From positions 1 to 40,301 of the IMG/VR virus record IMGVR_UViG_3300025653_003083: 40,301 bases of DNA; one strand, given 5' to 3'. Origin of the DNA: a virus. Taxonomy: Duplodnaviria > Caudoviricetes. The position numbers and the translations under genes were made by a program. Below are positions 26,722-36,309 of the stretch, one piece after another. Below the pieces are notes generated by a model. It ran no database searches and was not told where the DNA came from. It saw only the letters and a list, made by a program, of their open reading frames with translations. Each line of letters starts with the position of its first letter. Position 1 is the first letter of the stretch.

Positions 26722-27845
26722 AAACTAAATCCTTTGAAAGTGTCTTCGCTCACATCTTGCTTGGTGCCACCTGATACATATGACGTAATTTCTGTCTCTT
26801 GCGGTGCCACTTGAACGTCTGCACCTGAGATCCATTTCTGTGTCCAAGGCAGCGGATTTGATTTGATGTTGTATGGTGACTTTAGATTTACATTTGTCAT
26901 TCTACGTGTGCAAATAAATTCAATGTAATCGCTCAAAAGCTGTGTGTTAAGTCCAATCATTGAACCATCTTTAAACAAATACTCTGCCCAGGCTTTTTCT
27001 TGATCAACTGCATCAACAAACATTTGGATACACTCTGCTTCTGTTTCTTGTGCGATTTTTTCATAGTCTGGATCATCCTTCTTGAGGATCTTCAACAACA
27101 TCTGTGTGCTTGCAAGGTGCAGGTTCTCATCTCGAGCAATCAGTTTGATAATCTTTGCGTTGCCTTCCATCTTCTTAAGTTCAGCAAACGCCCACGAACA
27201 TGCAAATGATACATAGAAACGCACACCTTCAAGAATGTTCACACTCATCAATGTCAACCAAAGAAGTTTCTTCAGTTCGTATAAATCAACAACTTTCTTT
27301 TTGCCATTCACTGTATGTGTGCCTTCGCCTAGTAGATTATACCACATGCTATCTTCAATTAAGTCATCGTAATACTTTGAGATGTCTCCTGCACAATCAA
27401 CAATCTCTTTAATATCCATAAGCTCATCAAATACTTTGCTTGGGTTGCTGTAAACATTACGGATAATATGTGTGTAGCTGCGTGAATGAATTGTTTCTGA
27501 GAACGTCCACGTTTGTATCCAGTTTTCTAACTCCGGCAAGGATACAATAGGAGCAAATGCTTCAACTGGGGCACGACCTTGAACACTGTCTAATAGAATT
27601 TGTCGTTTTAGATTACTTGTAAAAATATGTTGTTCATGTTCAGTAAGACTCTTAAAGTCTTTAGCATCTTTGTAGATATCAACTTCTTCTGGACGCCAAA
27701 AGAAACCAAGTTGCTTGTCAGTTAACCCATCAAAGCTCTTATACTTTAATGTATCATATCTTTGAATAGTTGGACCACCTGATGGATCTAGAAAAGCTAG
27801 AACTTTGGTGTGATCAGTTTTGTTCGTTGTATCAAAAACGCTCAT
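26718..27845 (-). CDS. nrdB: Ribonucleotide reductase class Ia beta subunit
   Basis: FFWRPEEVD, LLDSVQGR, ETIHSRSY, EGVRFYVSF, RDENLH, QVAPQETEITSY. Confidence 0.97.
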   Translation of the reverse strand: MSVFDTTNKTDHTKVLAFLDPSGGPTIQRYDTLKYKSFDGLTDKQLGFFWRPEEVDIYKDAKDFKSLTEHEQHIFTSNLKRQILLDSVQGRAPVEAFAPIVSLPELENWIQTWTFSETIHSRSYTHIIRNVYSNPSKVFDELMDIKEIVDCAGDISKYYDDLIEDSMWYNLLGEGTHTVNGKKKVVDLYELKKLLWLTLMSVNILEGVRFYVSFACSWAFAELKKMEGNAKIIKLIARDENLHLASTQMLLKILKKDDPDYEKIAQETEAECIQMFVDAVDQEKAWAEYLFKDGSMIGLNTQLLSDYIEFICTRRMTNVNLKSPYNIKSNPLPWTQKWISGADVQVAPQETEITSYVSGGTKQDVSEDTFKGFSL

Positions 27846-27864
27846 GTGTGTATCCTTTTTTTAT

Positions 27865-27893
27865 TTTGTAGCATAATTTATACTAGTTGTCAA
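27865..27893 (-). promoter_or_regulatory. Internal sigma70 promoter for nrdB
   Basis: TTGACA-N17-TACAAA with TG extension. Confidence 0.5.
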
Positions 27894-30194
27894 CTAGATT
27901 ACGCATGTTTCGCAGTATTCATCTTCAACTGGTGCTGATTCAAGTTCTTGTAATGTTTCTTCGCCTACTAGTTTGTTTACATCTAGTTCGCCTTGTCCGT
28001 CATGTGTATTAAAGTAATACAGTTGTTTACCACCGTATTTATAGAACATTAGCATGTGTTGTAGCATGGTGCTCATAGGAATTTTTTCATCATCAAAGAA
28101 CTGTGGATTATAACTTGTGTTTACACTGATGCCTTGGTCTATATACTTTTGTAACACTGCCATAATTTTTAAATAACCTTCTGGCGATACTTGATCCCAC
28201 AGTAGATCATACTTGTTCTTAAGACGCTTAAACTCTGGGACTACTTGTTTTAGCACGCCATGTTTAGATTGCTTAACACTGATGTAAGCTCTTGGTGGCT
28301 CAATACCGTTAGTTGCATTTGCAATCTGCGCACTAGTTTCTGCTGGCATGAGTGCCATTAATGTGCTGTTGCGGATACCTGTTTCTTTTAGTTGCTTACG
28401 CAAGCCTTTCCAGTCCATACGTTCTTTATGTTTTACTAGTTCGTCTAAATCTTTTTTATATGTTTGGTTGGGTGTAATGCCTTGGCTGTATTTTGTTTGA
28501 TCGTTCCATAGACATGCGCCTTGCTCTGCTGCTAGGTCTGCACTTGCTTTGATTAAGTAGTAACTCCATGCTTCTGCATACTCATCTACAAGTTCTAGGT
28601 TAGGATCTTGGTAGTTTGTGCTGTGCTTTGCAAGCCAATACGCAAAGTTAATAATGCCTACACCTAACGGACGTCTACCATCTGTGCTGTTTTTTGCTGC
28701 CAATACTGGATAGTCTTGATATGTTAACAATGCATCAAGTCCACGCACTGCCAGTGTGCATACCCTTTGAAAATCGCTTGGTTGCTTGATATTGCCCCAA
28801 TTGATAGCACTCAATGTGCAAAGACTAATCTCACCTTCAGGATCATTAAGATCTTTTAATGGCTTTGTTGGTAAGTCGATTTCTGCACATAAGTTTGATT
28901 GGCGAATAGGAGCAACTTCAGGTAAAAAACTGCCATGATCATTTGCATTATCTACATTCTGCAGATAGATACGTCCTGTATTTTTACGCTCCTCCATAAA
29001 CGCACTGAATAGTTGTGCTGCTGGAATAGTTTTCTTACGCAACCTAGTATTGCGTTCTGCGGTTTCATATAGTTCACGAAAACGGTTTTGGTCTGCAAAG
29101 AAAGCATCATACAAACCCGGCACATCACTTGGTGAGAACAGTGTGATATCACCACCAGTAATCAGTCTTTCATACATCAGCTTGTTAAACTGCACACCAT
29201 AGTCCATATGGCGCACACGGTTTTCTTCTGTGCCTTTGTTGTTCTTTAGCACCAGCATGTCTTCTACTTCTAAGTGCCAGATTGGATAATAGATTGTTGC
29301 TGCGCCGCCGCGAACACCACCTTGTGAACAGCTCTTAACTGCTGCTTGAAACATTTTATAAAAAGGAATAATACCAGTGTGGTATGCATCACCTTTACGC
29401 ACTGGTGAACCAATAGCACGGATTTTTCCGCCGCCAATACCAATACCTGCTTTTTGGCTTACATACTTAACAATACTGCTAGTAGTAGCGTTGATACTAT
29501 CAAGACTGTCATCTGATTCAATAAGGACGCACGAACTAAACTGACGTTGTGGCGTCCTAACGCCAGCCATAACAGGAGTAGGTAAACTAATATCGTGTAA
29601 GCTAACTGCATCATAATAATCCTTTACCCACTTTAATCTAGTTTCTTTTGGATAGTCAGCAAATAGTGTAGCAGCAATCAACGCATAACACACCTGAGGT
29701 GTTTCAAAAATTTGTCCAGTGACTCTATTTTGCACAAGATATTTGCCACGTAGTTGTTCCATAGCAACATAGGTCAAGTTCTCATCACGTTCGTGTTTAA
29801 CAAAACTGTTGATACGATCCCACTCGTCGTCATTGTAATAACCAATTAGATCAGGATCATAAAAGCCAAGTTCAATGTTGCGTTCTACAAGCTCTTTGAT
29901 ATGGCACGGCTCATATCCACCATACACTTCTTTACGTAAATGGTAATTGATAAGTCTACCGCCAACATATTGATAGTTTGGTGTTTCTTCTGATATAAGA
30001 TCTGCTGCTGCTTTGATCAAAGTTTCTTGAATTTCGCTAGATGTAATGCCATTAAAAAACTGGATTTGACTCTTAATTTCTACCTCGCTTGGGCTAACTC
30101 CTGTAATATCATTACACGCATAAAAAACAACTTTGTGTAATTTTTCAACATCTAAGGCTTCTTTGCGCCCATCTCGCTTGGTAACTTGAATCAT
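27894..30194 (-). CDS. nrdA: Ribonucleotide reductase class Ia alpha subunit
   Basis: ATP cone VTKRDG, FSSCVL, QGGVRGGA, SNLCAEI, KQLYY, C-terminal CETC. Confidence 0.97.
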   Translation of the reverse strand: MIQVTKRDGRKEALDVEKLHKVVFYACNDITGVSPSEVEIKSQIQFFNGITSSEIQETLIKAAADLISEETPNYQYVGGRLINYHLRKEVYGGYEPCHIKELVERNIELGFYDPDLIGYYNDDEWDRINSFVKHERDENLTYVAMEQLRGKYLVQNRVTGQIFETPQVCYALIAATLFADYPKETRLKWVKDYYDAVSLHDISLPTPVMAGVRTPQRQFSSCVLIESDDSLDSINATTSSIVKYVSQKAGIGIGGGKIRAIGSPVRKGDAYHTGIIPFYKMFQAAVKSCSQGGVRGGAATIYYPIWHLEVEDMLVLKNNKGTEENRVRHMDYGVQFNKLMYERLITGGDITLFSPSDVPGLYDAFFADQNRFRELYETAERNTRLRKKTIPAAQLFSAFMEERKNTGRIYLQNVDNANDHGSFLPEVAPIRQSNLCAEIDLPTKPLKDLNDPEGEISLCTLSAINWGNIKQPSDFQRVCTLAVRGLDALLTYQDYPVLAAKNSTDGRRPLGVGIINFAYWLAKHSTNYQDPNLELVDEYAEAWSYYLIKASADLAAEQGACLWNDQTKYSQGITPNQTYKKDLDELVKHKERMDWKGLRKQLKETGIRNSTLMALMPAETSAQIANATNGIEPPRAYISVKQSKHGVLKQVVPEFKRLKNKYDLLWDQVSPEGYLKIMAVLQKYIDQGISVNTSYNPQFFDDEKIPMSTMLQHMLMFYKYGGKQLYYFNTHDGQGELDVNKLVGEETLQELESAPVEDEYCETCVI

Positions 30195-30229
30195 CTTTTT
30201 ATCCTTCTCATTAGTTAAATAATTGGTAT

Positions 30230-30655
30230 TTAGTAGTCACAAGGTATTTCGTAAATTGATTCGATAAACAGACTTTTTGGTAATTCATTTTCATCAATTA
30301 TTTTCTCTCTATCGAAACCAATTACTTTATCTTGTATATGTAATAGGTAATGGTTACAAGATCTTTTGTTATCTTGTGTAATAGTTATCTTCATTGGCAC
30401 TTGGGAAAAACGATCAGTTAATCTCAAAGTGTAACCAATTCCCAAAATATATCCAAAATCATCATATAGATTTTCATCAAGTAATTCCCAAGGATCGGGA
30501 TAGGTATCTGGTGTGTAAGGGTCAATTCGGAAACTTGTAATTGGAGCCTTATTGTAGAGTTCTAATGTGCTTTGAAATGGATTGTCATCATTTTCTAATT
30601 TATTTCTAAAATCAAACCAGGCACGAAGCCGGTCCTGAACTTTCATGTCAAACAT
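30230..30655 (-). CDS. Hypothetical protein
   Basis: RL.AW..FR...DPY....PDPWEL pattern. Confidence 0.65.
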   Translation of the reverse strand: MFDMKVQDRLRAWFDFRNKLENDDNPFQSTLELYNKAPITSFRIDPYTPDTYPDPWELLDENLYDDFGYILGIGYTLRLTDRFSQVPMKITITQDNKRSCNHYLLHIQDKVIGFDREKIIDENELPKSLFIESIYEIPCDY

Positions 30656-30661
30656 TTAATA

Positions 30662-32380
30662 TTATGATCTAACTCTAAAATTGTAAACAAAACTATCGTC
30701 TGTAATTGGAATTAAGTTTTTGCAAGAAATAATAATACTTTCTCCATTGCCTACATCACTATCAATATCATCTGTTCTAGCACCAAATTCAAGGTCACTG
30801 ACATATGCTGTGTCACCTTGGAATTCAAAAGTATGTGCCGTTGTTAAATTTAGTAATCTACTATCATAGTGCATTTCAATGGTTCCGGTTTGTCTTACAA
30901 AAACATCTGGGTCTGTGCCGTTTACTCTTTCACTATTATAAATGTAATCCAAGTAAACAACACCTTCATTATACAACGGTAATTTGATAATGTCAACCTG
31001 ATCACTACCACCATCTTGTAAAGTGTTACCAATATTAATAGTATGACGTGTAGAATTTTTGTAGTCTACCTTGCCAGCAACTTCTGGAACATACTCTGTG
31101 TTTAAATAAGGATCAACAACCGTGCTATCGCCTGCACTTCTATGAGGAGACAATTCAATAGTTCTTTTGAAGTAATTATCTATAGCAGTATTATCTGAAT
31201 CATTAGTAAATCTTACACATGGATATTCAGCATCTTCTTCGCTACCAATATTGTTGCCTACATTATAAAACCTGTTGTTATGAATGCTATTGTAATTGCC
31301 ATTTTCAATATCAATACCTGTTTCATAAATTAAATCTAATTCACAATCTTCAATTAGGTTCCAACTTGGGCCTGTGGCAAATCCATTTGCTGCATTTAAA
31401 ATGCCTTGACCCATACCCCAGCCAAACTTAGCAACACTAACTCTAATATTACGCCAAATGTTTTTATTAGCATCATGATTTGCTACCACTGTTTTAAAAT
31501 GATTAAAAACAGTGATGTTTTCAAAAATGTTTTCTATACACTGTGCATTTCCTGTGCCTGACATTTTGAATGCTACATGAGCACTATCTGTTGCATTACC
31601 AACATCAACACTTGGACTGGTCCACAACCCTTCTAATTTAAGATCTGTAAATTTGCTTCTTGCGCATTCGTTTAAATCAAATGTTGCTGCCCATCTATTA
31701 TTGCGCAATGTCATGCCTGAAACTTCAATATGTCTTGCTTGGGTAGTATTGCTGCTAGTCACAGGAACAGTTTGTGCTAATCCAGTGTATACACCAGGTG
31801 TTGCATTACCATTAACAGTTGCAAACATTGGCTTTGTTGAAGCCGTGACACTATCATCACTGTTGGTAATCAAAATAGTTTTATCTACTCCATCACCTAT
31901 TAAACAAACCAATGGTGGAATATATATTGTAGAATTAACTGTATATTCACCAGCTGGAATTTTAAGTGTAACTTTTTCATTTACTACCAAAGATCTAAGA
32001 TATAGTGCATCTATTGCTGCTTGTATTGCTGGAGCGTCATCAGTGCCTAAACCATCGCCAACTGTGCCAAAATCAATAACAGTAGTAAACTGATCCAATT
32101 TACTTTGCAAACTTTGTGTAGTCTTTGCAGTTGCTCCCCAAAGGTTGCTGGATGTTTTGTAGATGTATTGATCGGCTAAACTGAAAAGATCACTGTGTTG
32201 TGTAAGAATTTCTGTATTACCAACTGCTGGGGCGCCTTCTGATACTGCGCCATTACCAATATACATTTTTTGTGTATCAATTGCCCAGCCTATTTCCCCA
32301 CTGGCTAATTGTGGAATACCAATATTTGTAAGTTCTCTACCACGTCTATTTTGAATACGAGATATCTGCACAATGGCCAT
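30662..32380 (-). CDS. Tail spike/fibre: Mtd-like N-terminus plus pectin-lyase-like beta helix
   Basis: RIQNRRG...PQLASGEIGWAIDTQKMYIGNG; DFG..GDG..DD..AIQAAID; IPAG.Y. Confidence 0.8.
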   Translation of the reverse strand: MAIVQISRIQNRRGRELTNIGIPQLASGEIGWAIDTQKMYIGNGAVSEGAPAVGNTEILTQHSDLFSLADQYIYKTSSNLWGATAKTTQSLQSKLDQFTTVIDFGTVGDGLGTDDAPAIQAAIDALYLRSLVVNEKVTLKIPAGEYTVNSTIYIPPLVCLIGDGVDKTILITNSDDSVTASTKPMFATVNGNATPGVYTGLAQTVPVTSSNTTQARHIEVSGMTLRNNRWAATFDLNECARSKFTDLKLEGLWTSPSVDVGNATDSAHVAFKMSGTGNAQCIENIFENITVFNHFKTVVANHDANKNIWRNIRVSVAKFGWGMGQGILNAANGFATGPSWNLIEDCELDLIYETGIDIENGNYNSIHNNRFYNVGNNIGSEEDAEYPCVRFTNDSDNTAIDNYFKRTIELSPHRSAGDSTVVDPYLNTEYVPEVAGKVDYKNSTRHTINIGNTLQDGGSDQVDIIKLPLYNEGVVYLDYIYNSERVNGTDPDVFVRQTGTIEMHYDSRLLNLTTAHTFEFQGDTAYVSDLEFGARTDDIDSDVGNGESIIISCKNLIPITDDSFVYNFRVRS

Positions 32381-32408
32381 GTTTACTCCTAAGAATTATT
32401 TTAAGTAT

Positions 32409-33089
32409 TTAGCCAAACTTCTCATAGTATTGGTAGACACGCTTCCACCATTCTTGTTCCCAATCGTCAAACTCATCAGGCCACAAATCAAACTGTTGAT
32501 ATTCCCCAGCACGACTACACATAAAGATATGTCCTTCACGTATACTTGTGCCATGGACTTCATTATGTGCAATAGCATATGCTGTGAGTTGTAAGAAGTA
32601 ATCCTCAACCCATTCCAGTTTTTTAGGCTTGTTAGTCTGTTTAAAATCCATTATACACGGATTGCCTTTATATACACCAACAAGGTCAGTAGTGCCTGCA
32701 TACATTTGAGGAACATAGAGTGGAACTTCGCTGCCCCAAATTTCATCTACATGATCCATTGCATTCATTTTAATTTGCTCTGCCATCATGTGGGCTTGCT
32801 GTGCATAAGGATTGCCGCCAGGTTGTGGCCATTCTCCAAACTCAATGTAGTCTTCTAGATACTTGTGCATCCGTGTTCCTACACCTGCTGCTTCAGTGGT
32901 AATTTCTTGGGCTTTCTTTTCGCCTACACGCCGTCGCCATTCAATTAGATGTGTTTTGTCTTTTGTTTCACTTAGGATTGTTGTAACACTTGCTACTGGA
33001 GGGCCACCTGGTGTTTCATAGCGGCGCTTTCCATTTACTTCTACTCGCTTTAACCGCTCATAGGAATACTTGTTTTTAATTAAAGTCAT
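32409..33089 (-). CDS. PD-(D/E)XK exonuclease
   Basis: SVTTIL, GTRMH, E..L, YAGTTD, IMDFK, QL.AY. Confidence 0.88.
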   Translation of the reverse strand: MTLIKNKYSYERLKRVEVNGKRRYETPGGPPVASVTTILSETKDKTHLIEWRRRVGEKKAQEITTEAAGVGTRMHKYLEDYIEFGEWPQPGGNPYAQQAHMMAEQIKMNAMDHVDEIWGSEVPLYVPQMYAGTTDLVGVYKGNPCIMDFKQTNKPKKLEWVEDYFLQLTAYAIAHNEVHGTSIREGHIFMCSRAGEYQQFDLWPDEFDDWEQEWWKRVYQYYEKFG

Positions 33090-33094
33090 ATTAT

Positions 33095-33123
33095 ATTATA
33101 ATAGGATCAGGACCTTTTGTCAA
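33095..33123 (-). promoter_or_regulatory. Consensus sigma70 promoter 5 nt before the exonuclease ATG
   Basis: TTGACA-N17-TATAAT-ATAAT-ATG. Confidence 0.8.
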
Positions 33124-33124
33124 G

Positions 33125-33433
33125 TTATAAATCCTTTAGGTCAACTGCTTTCTTAGCCATCTTACTTACTGTGTCTTTGTCACGTGGTTTGGCGTCTAAA
33201 TCATCTACTTCACTGGTCTTCAAAACAACTTGTCCTTGTGTGAAGTCTTTTATAATTTCATTTACTCTTGGATCACTATCATATGCTGCTTTTAATGTGT
33301 CATAATCAAACTGTGGCATACCCATGTTTTGCATGTATTCATTCAACTGTTCCATAGTGAAAGAGGTTTGTCCTTTGTCTTTCAACAAAGTTAAAACTTG
33401 ATAGAGCTTGTCAGTTGTTACTGCTTCAGTTAC
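33125..33433 (-). CDS. Start-less ORF, probable -1 frameshift extension of the upstream gene
   Basis: Frame open from 33469 with no ATG/GTG near its 5' end and no SD for TTG 33388; begins at slippery site A AAA AAG. Confidence 0.6.
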   Translation of the reverse strand, partial: VTEAVTTDKLYQVLTLLKDKGQTSFTMEQLNEYMQNMGMPQFDYDTLKAAYDSDPRVNEIIKDFTQGQVVLKTSEVDDLDAKPRDKDTVSKMAKKAVDLKDL

Positions 33434-34203
33434 TTTTTTTTTGAAAGAATCTTGCCTAGCTTGCGTGGGTCAACACTTTCACGCTTTTCTCTTTCGTCTG
33501 GCATATCGCCACCGGCTGCTGGCTCTGCTGAATCAAAGTCGTCACCTGCGTCCATATCCATACCAACGTCACCTTCGTCTGATCCATCATCCATGTCGTC
33601 AGTTGGTTCCATGTCCATGTCATCCATGCCATCGTCACCCATCATAGGAGTATCAACTTCACCAGTTAATTGACCTACGCCGCCTGTAAGAGCATCACGT
33701 GTAACTTCCATTGCACTATACATACTATCAAGAGCAGGTTTTACAGTTGCAACAAATGCTTCTGATTTTTCTGCACCCATTTCATCACGGATAGCATCTG
33801 CTAGTTCTAGCATTGATTCTGTTTGCATTTCAGCAGTGTCTTCCATCCAACCAGTAAGACGGTCCACCATTTCTTTTGCTGCCATTACAAGTTCTGCTTG
33901 ATCTTCTGCACCTTCGGTGACTTGAGTTTCTTCAATTGCTTCTTCTTCAATGTCGCCACGCTCTGAAATTTCTGCATTTAATACGTCCAACATCAATTTT
34001 GTTTTTTGATATGTTTCATTGTGAACTTTATCAAAACTTTCGTTGGTTTCTACATTGAACAATCTGGTTCTAATTTTATTACGAGCATCCTGTAGTTGCT
34101 CAAGTGTAAACTTTTCCAAATTAATTTTAGCGCCAAAACGCTTTGCAAGACTTTCATTAAGTGTCTTTGCTGTTACTGGTTGTGCAAATTCTGAAATAAT
34201 CAT
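33430..34203 (-). CDS. Acidic prohead core/scaffold-like protein
   Basis: E/D/M-rich helical protein with (L/I/V)-x-E sites (LNES, VTEG); late promoter 34233-34238; ends ILSKKK. Confidence 0.55.
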   Translation of the reverse strand: MIISEFAQPVTAKTLNESLAKRFGAKINLEKFTLEQLQDARNKIRTRLFNVETNESFDKVHNETYQKTKLMLDVLNAEISERGDIEEEAIEETQVTEGAEDQAELVMAAKEMVDRLTGWMEDTAEMQTESMLELADAIRDEMGAEKSEAFVATVKPALDSMYSAMEVTRDALTGGVGQLTGEVDTPMMGDDGMDDMDMEPTDDMDDGSDEGDVGMDMDAGDDFDSAEPAAGGDMPDEREKRESVDPRKLGKILSKKK

Positions 34204-34241
34204 AGTTTTTTCCTGTGATGGTTTATTACTTTTATTTATCA

Positions 34242-34667
34242 CTATTGTGCTAATATGTATGATTCTAGAACACGATTTTCACGTTCAAGCATGTCTTGTG
34301 CTAGTTCTAACCGTGTTTCAAGTATAAATTTTTTATCTTCGTCGTTAGTTGTGTTAATTATATGTTGATAATGCACTGCATCGTTCAAATGTTTTGCAGC
34401 TCTTTGGTCACGCTCTTGTAAATTGTTGTATGCATGTCCAACATTATGTGCTTTTGCTATTGCGATTGCGCCATGCTTGGTGTTTGCAAATTCAACAATG
34501 CTATTGCTTTCAGCATCAATAATAACAAAGCCATGTCTTTTGCTGTGTCTGACTATAGTTTTGCCAATATGAATTGCTTTACCTTCTTTATACGGTAATG
34601 TATATTTTGGTAATATTTGATCTATTAAATCTTTAAGTTGATTTGCTGCACTATTGAGGTTTGTCAT
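34242..34667 (-). CDS. Hypothetical protein
   Basis: 141-aa ORF in a tightly packed operon. Confidence 0.65.
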   Translation of the reverse strand: MTNLNSAANQLKDLIDQILPKYTLPYKEGKAIHIGKTIVRHSKRHGFVIIDAESNSIVEFANTKHGAIAIAKAHNVGHAYNNLQERDQRAAKHLNDAVHYQHIINTTNDEDKKFILETRLELAQDMLERENRVLESYILAQ

Positions 34668-34860
34668 TTCCTACCACCAACACGGCTCCCTTGTAGTTAA
34701 CTTTAGAAACAATACTTTTCCTTACTAAGTTATTCAATACAACCTGTTCACGTTCAGTAAAAATATCAATATAACAGGGATTTTTCAACCTGTCAAGTAA
34801 TTTTTTTTCTTCGTTGGTTGTATAGATAGTAAAGTCTGATATTAATTCATTCAACTTCAT
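34651..34860 (-). CDS. Small hypothetical protein, possibly winged-helix-like
   Basis: MKLNELI...EREQVVLNNLVRKSIV. Confidence 0.6.
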   Translation of the reverse strand: MKLNELISDFTIYTTNEEKKLLDRLKNPCYIDIFTEREQVVLNNLVRKSIVSKVNYKGAVLVVGNDKPQ

Positions 34861-35417
34861 TGTGCGGCTGCCCTTTCAAGATCCTGCTTTTTATATGTCA
34901 TTTTTCTTGGTTCGCCCGGTTTGGCTGTTGGATCTTCAATTTCTACATCGTCACCTTGAGTTTTTGTAACTTTATAAGATTTCTTACCGCCTGGTGTGTT
35001 TGTTGGTAGGTTAATAGATTTACCTGGTCTAATATTTGGATTGGCACCCATTGGTTGAGCACCTTGTGTTTTTTGTGCTGCACCTGGTTGAGTTGGTGCT
35101 GCGGCTTGTGGCTCTGGTTCACCTAAATTAGGTTGTGTGCCAACTTTAGCATTTGGATTATTTGTAGGTTCTTCATCGTCGTCGCCGGCTACTGCATTAT
35201 ATGCTCCTTTTGCCACAGCGCCAACACCTTTTGCCACAGCGCCAACACCTTTAGCAACGCCCTTTGCTGCAAGTTTACCAATACCTAGTGCCGCCTTGCC
35301 TGCAAGTCTGCCTGTGCCGCCAAGTGCTGCTCTTGCAACACCTCCTGCAATCGCAGGTATGAGTGGAAGTATTTCGTCCATTCTTTCTTCTTCAGTTGTG
35401 AACTCTTCGTATCTCAT
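34857..35417 (-). CDS. Gly/Ala/Lys amphipathic plus Pro-rich protein
   Basis: MRYEEF...MDE-ILPLIPAIAGG..., AKGVGAV repeats (21-nt unit, 35206-35247). Confidence 0.65.
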   Translation of the reverse strand: MRYEEFTTEEERMDEILPLIPAIAGGVARAALGGTGRLAGKAALGIGKLAAKGVAKGVGAVAKGVGAVAKGAYNAVAGDDDEEPTNNPNAKVGTQPNLGEPEPQAAAPTQPGAAQKTQGAQPMGANPNIRPGKSINLPTNTPGGKKSYKVTKTQGDDVEIEDPTAKPGEPRKMTYKKQDLERAAAQ

Positions 35418-35701
35418 TTGCGCTTTCTTGGCTTGGGCCTGTTTAGTTTATATACACGCTTAGTGGTTGGTCTGCTAGTTGTTCTTGAACGTCTAATCGC
35501 TTGTAGACTGCTTTTACTTCTTCTTGTCCTTTTTAAACGTGTGCTTTTTGTTTGTGAAGTTGGAGTTGCGCAGGTGCTAGGTTTAGCAACCACTCTGCCT
35601 TTTTTAGGACCGCTGGTGCAACGATACTTGCGTTTAACACCGCCTTTACTATCTCTGGCCCATACCTGTTTGTAGGCTTCTATGATCTCTGCAAACTTCA
35701 T
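35414..35701 (-). CDS. Highly basic protein, paralog 2
   Basis: KQVWAR...KRKYRCTSG.KKGRVVAK. Confidence 0.7.
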   Translation of the reverse strand: MKFAEIIEAYKQVWARDSKGGVKRKYRCTSGPKKGRVVAKPSTCATPTSQTKSTRLKRTRRSKSSLQAIRRSRTTSRPTTKRVYKLNRPKPRKRK

Positions 35702-35979
35702 CTTCTTTTATTTAACTGCTTTAATCTTTTACTTGCCGGATTAGTACGTTTAGTTCTCTTTGCTTTTCTTGCCATTCTACTGCCTAACTTGCGTTTGGTT
35801 TGTTTTAATCTTACACTGGCTTTGATATTCAAGGGTGCATAACATTGTGACATTTTAGCAACCACACGACCTTGACGTCTTCCGGTTGTGCAACGATACT
35901 TACGAGTCACAGCTTTTCCGCTACGTGCCCATACTTGTTTTTCGTCCACAGGTTCTTCGTATAGATCTCTTAACAACAT
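35698..35979 (-). CDS. Highly basic protein, paralog 1
   Basis: KQVWAR...TRKYRCTTG.RQGRVVAK. Confidence 0.7.
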   Translation of the reverse strand: MLLRDLYEEPVDEKQVWARSGKAVTRKYRCTTGRRQGRVVAKMSQCYAPLNIKASVRLKQTKRKLGSRMARKAKRTKRTNPASKRLKQLNKRR

Positions 35980-35998
35980 ATGTTATTTATCAGTAAAA

Positions 35999-36229
35999 TT
36001 AGAGTTGAAGTATAATTACAACAATAGTAGAAAGCAAACCTGCAACTATTGTGCCAGCGGCACCTATTATAACTTTGGTAAGACTGCTTTGTCCTGCTGC
36101 CATTTGTTCTGCAATGCTATCTAGTTTATGCTCAACGGTGCTTAGACGCTTTTCAAACTGCTCATAACGTAGTGCGCACAGATCAACGTGTGCTTCTAAA
36201 CTTTCTTTTTCTAATGCAGATGTCGACAT
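35999..36229 (-). CDS. Coiled-coil plus C-terminal TM small protein (XhlA/holin-like architecture)
   Basis: LEAHVDLCALRY...LSTVEHKLD, C-terminal hydrophobic helix. Confidence 0.55.
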   Translation of the reverse strand: MSTSALEKESLEAHVDLCALRYEQFEKRLSTVEHKLDSIAEQMAAGQSSLTKVIIGAAGTIVAGLLSTIVVIILQL

Positions 36230-36309
36230 TCATTACTCCATATGTTAACGACAGGAAATAGCCTTTTCGTGATACCTAAGTGAATGCCTGACAGAAATAA
36301 TCTGTAATA

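Noticed and set aside
26718-30194. Introns or inteins in nrdA/nrdB
   Set aside because: Both ORFs are continuous and of normal length
32409-33089. Cas4/CRISPR system
   Set aside because: No array or other cas genes and no four-Cys cluster; ordinary phage PD-(D/E)XK exonuclease
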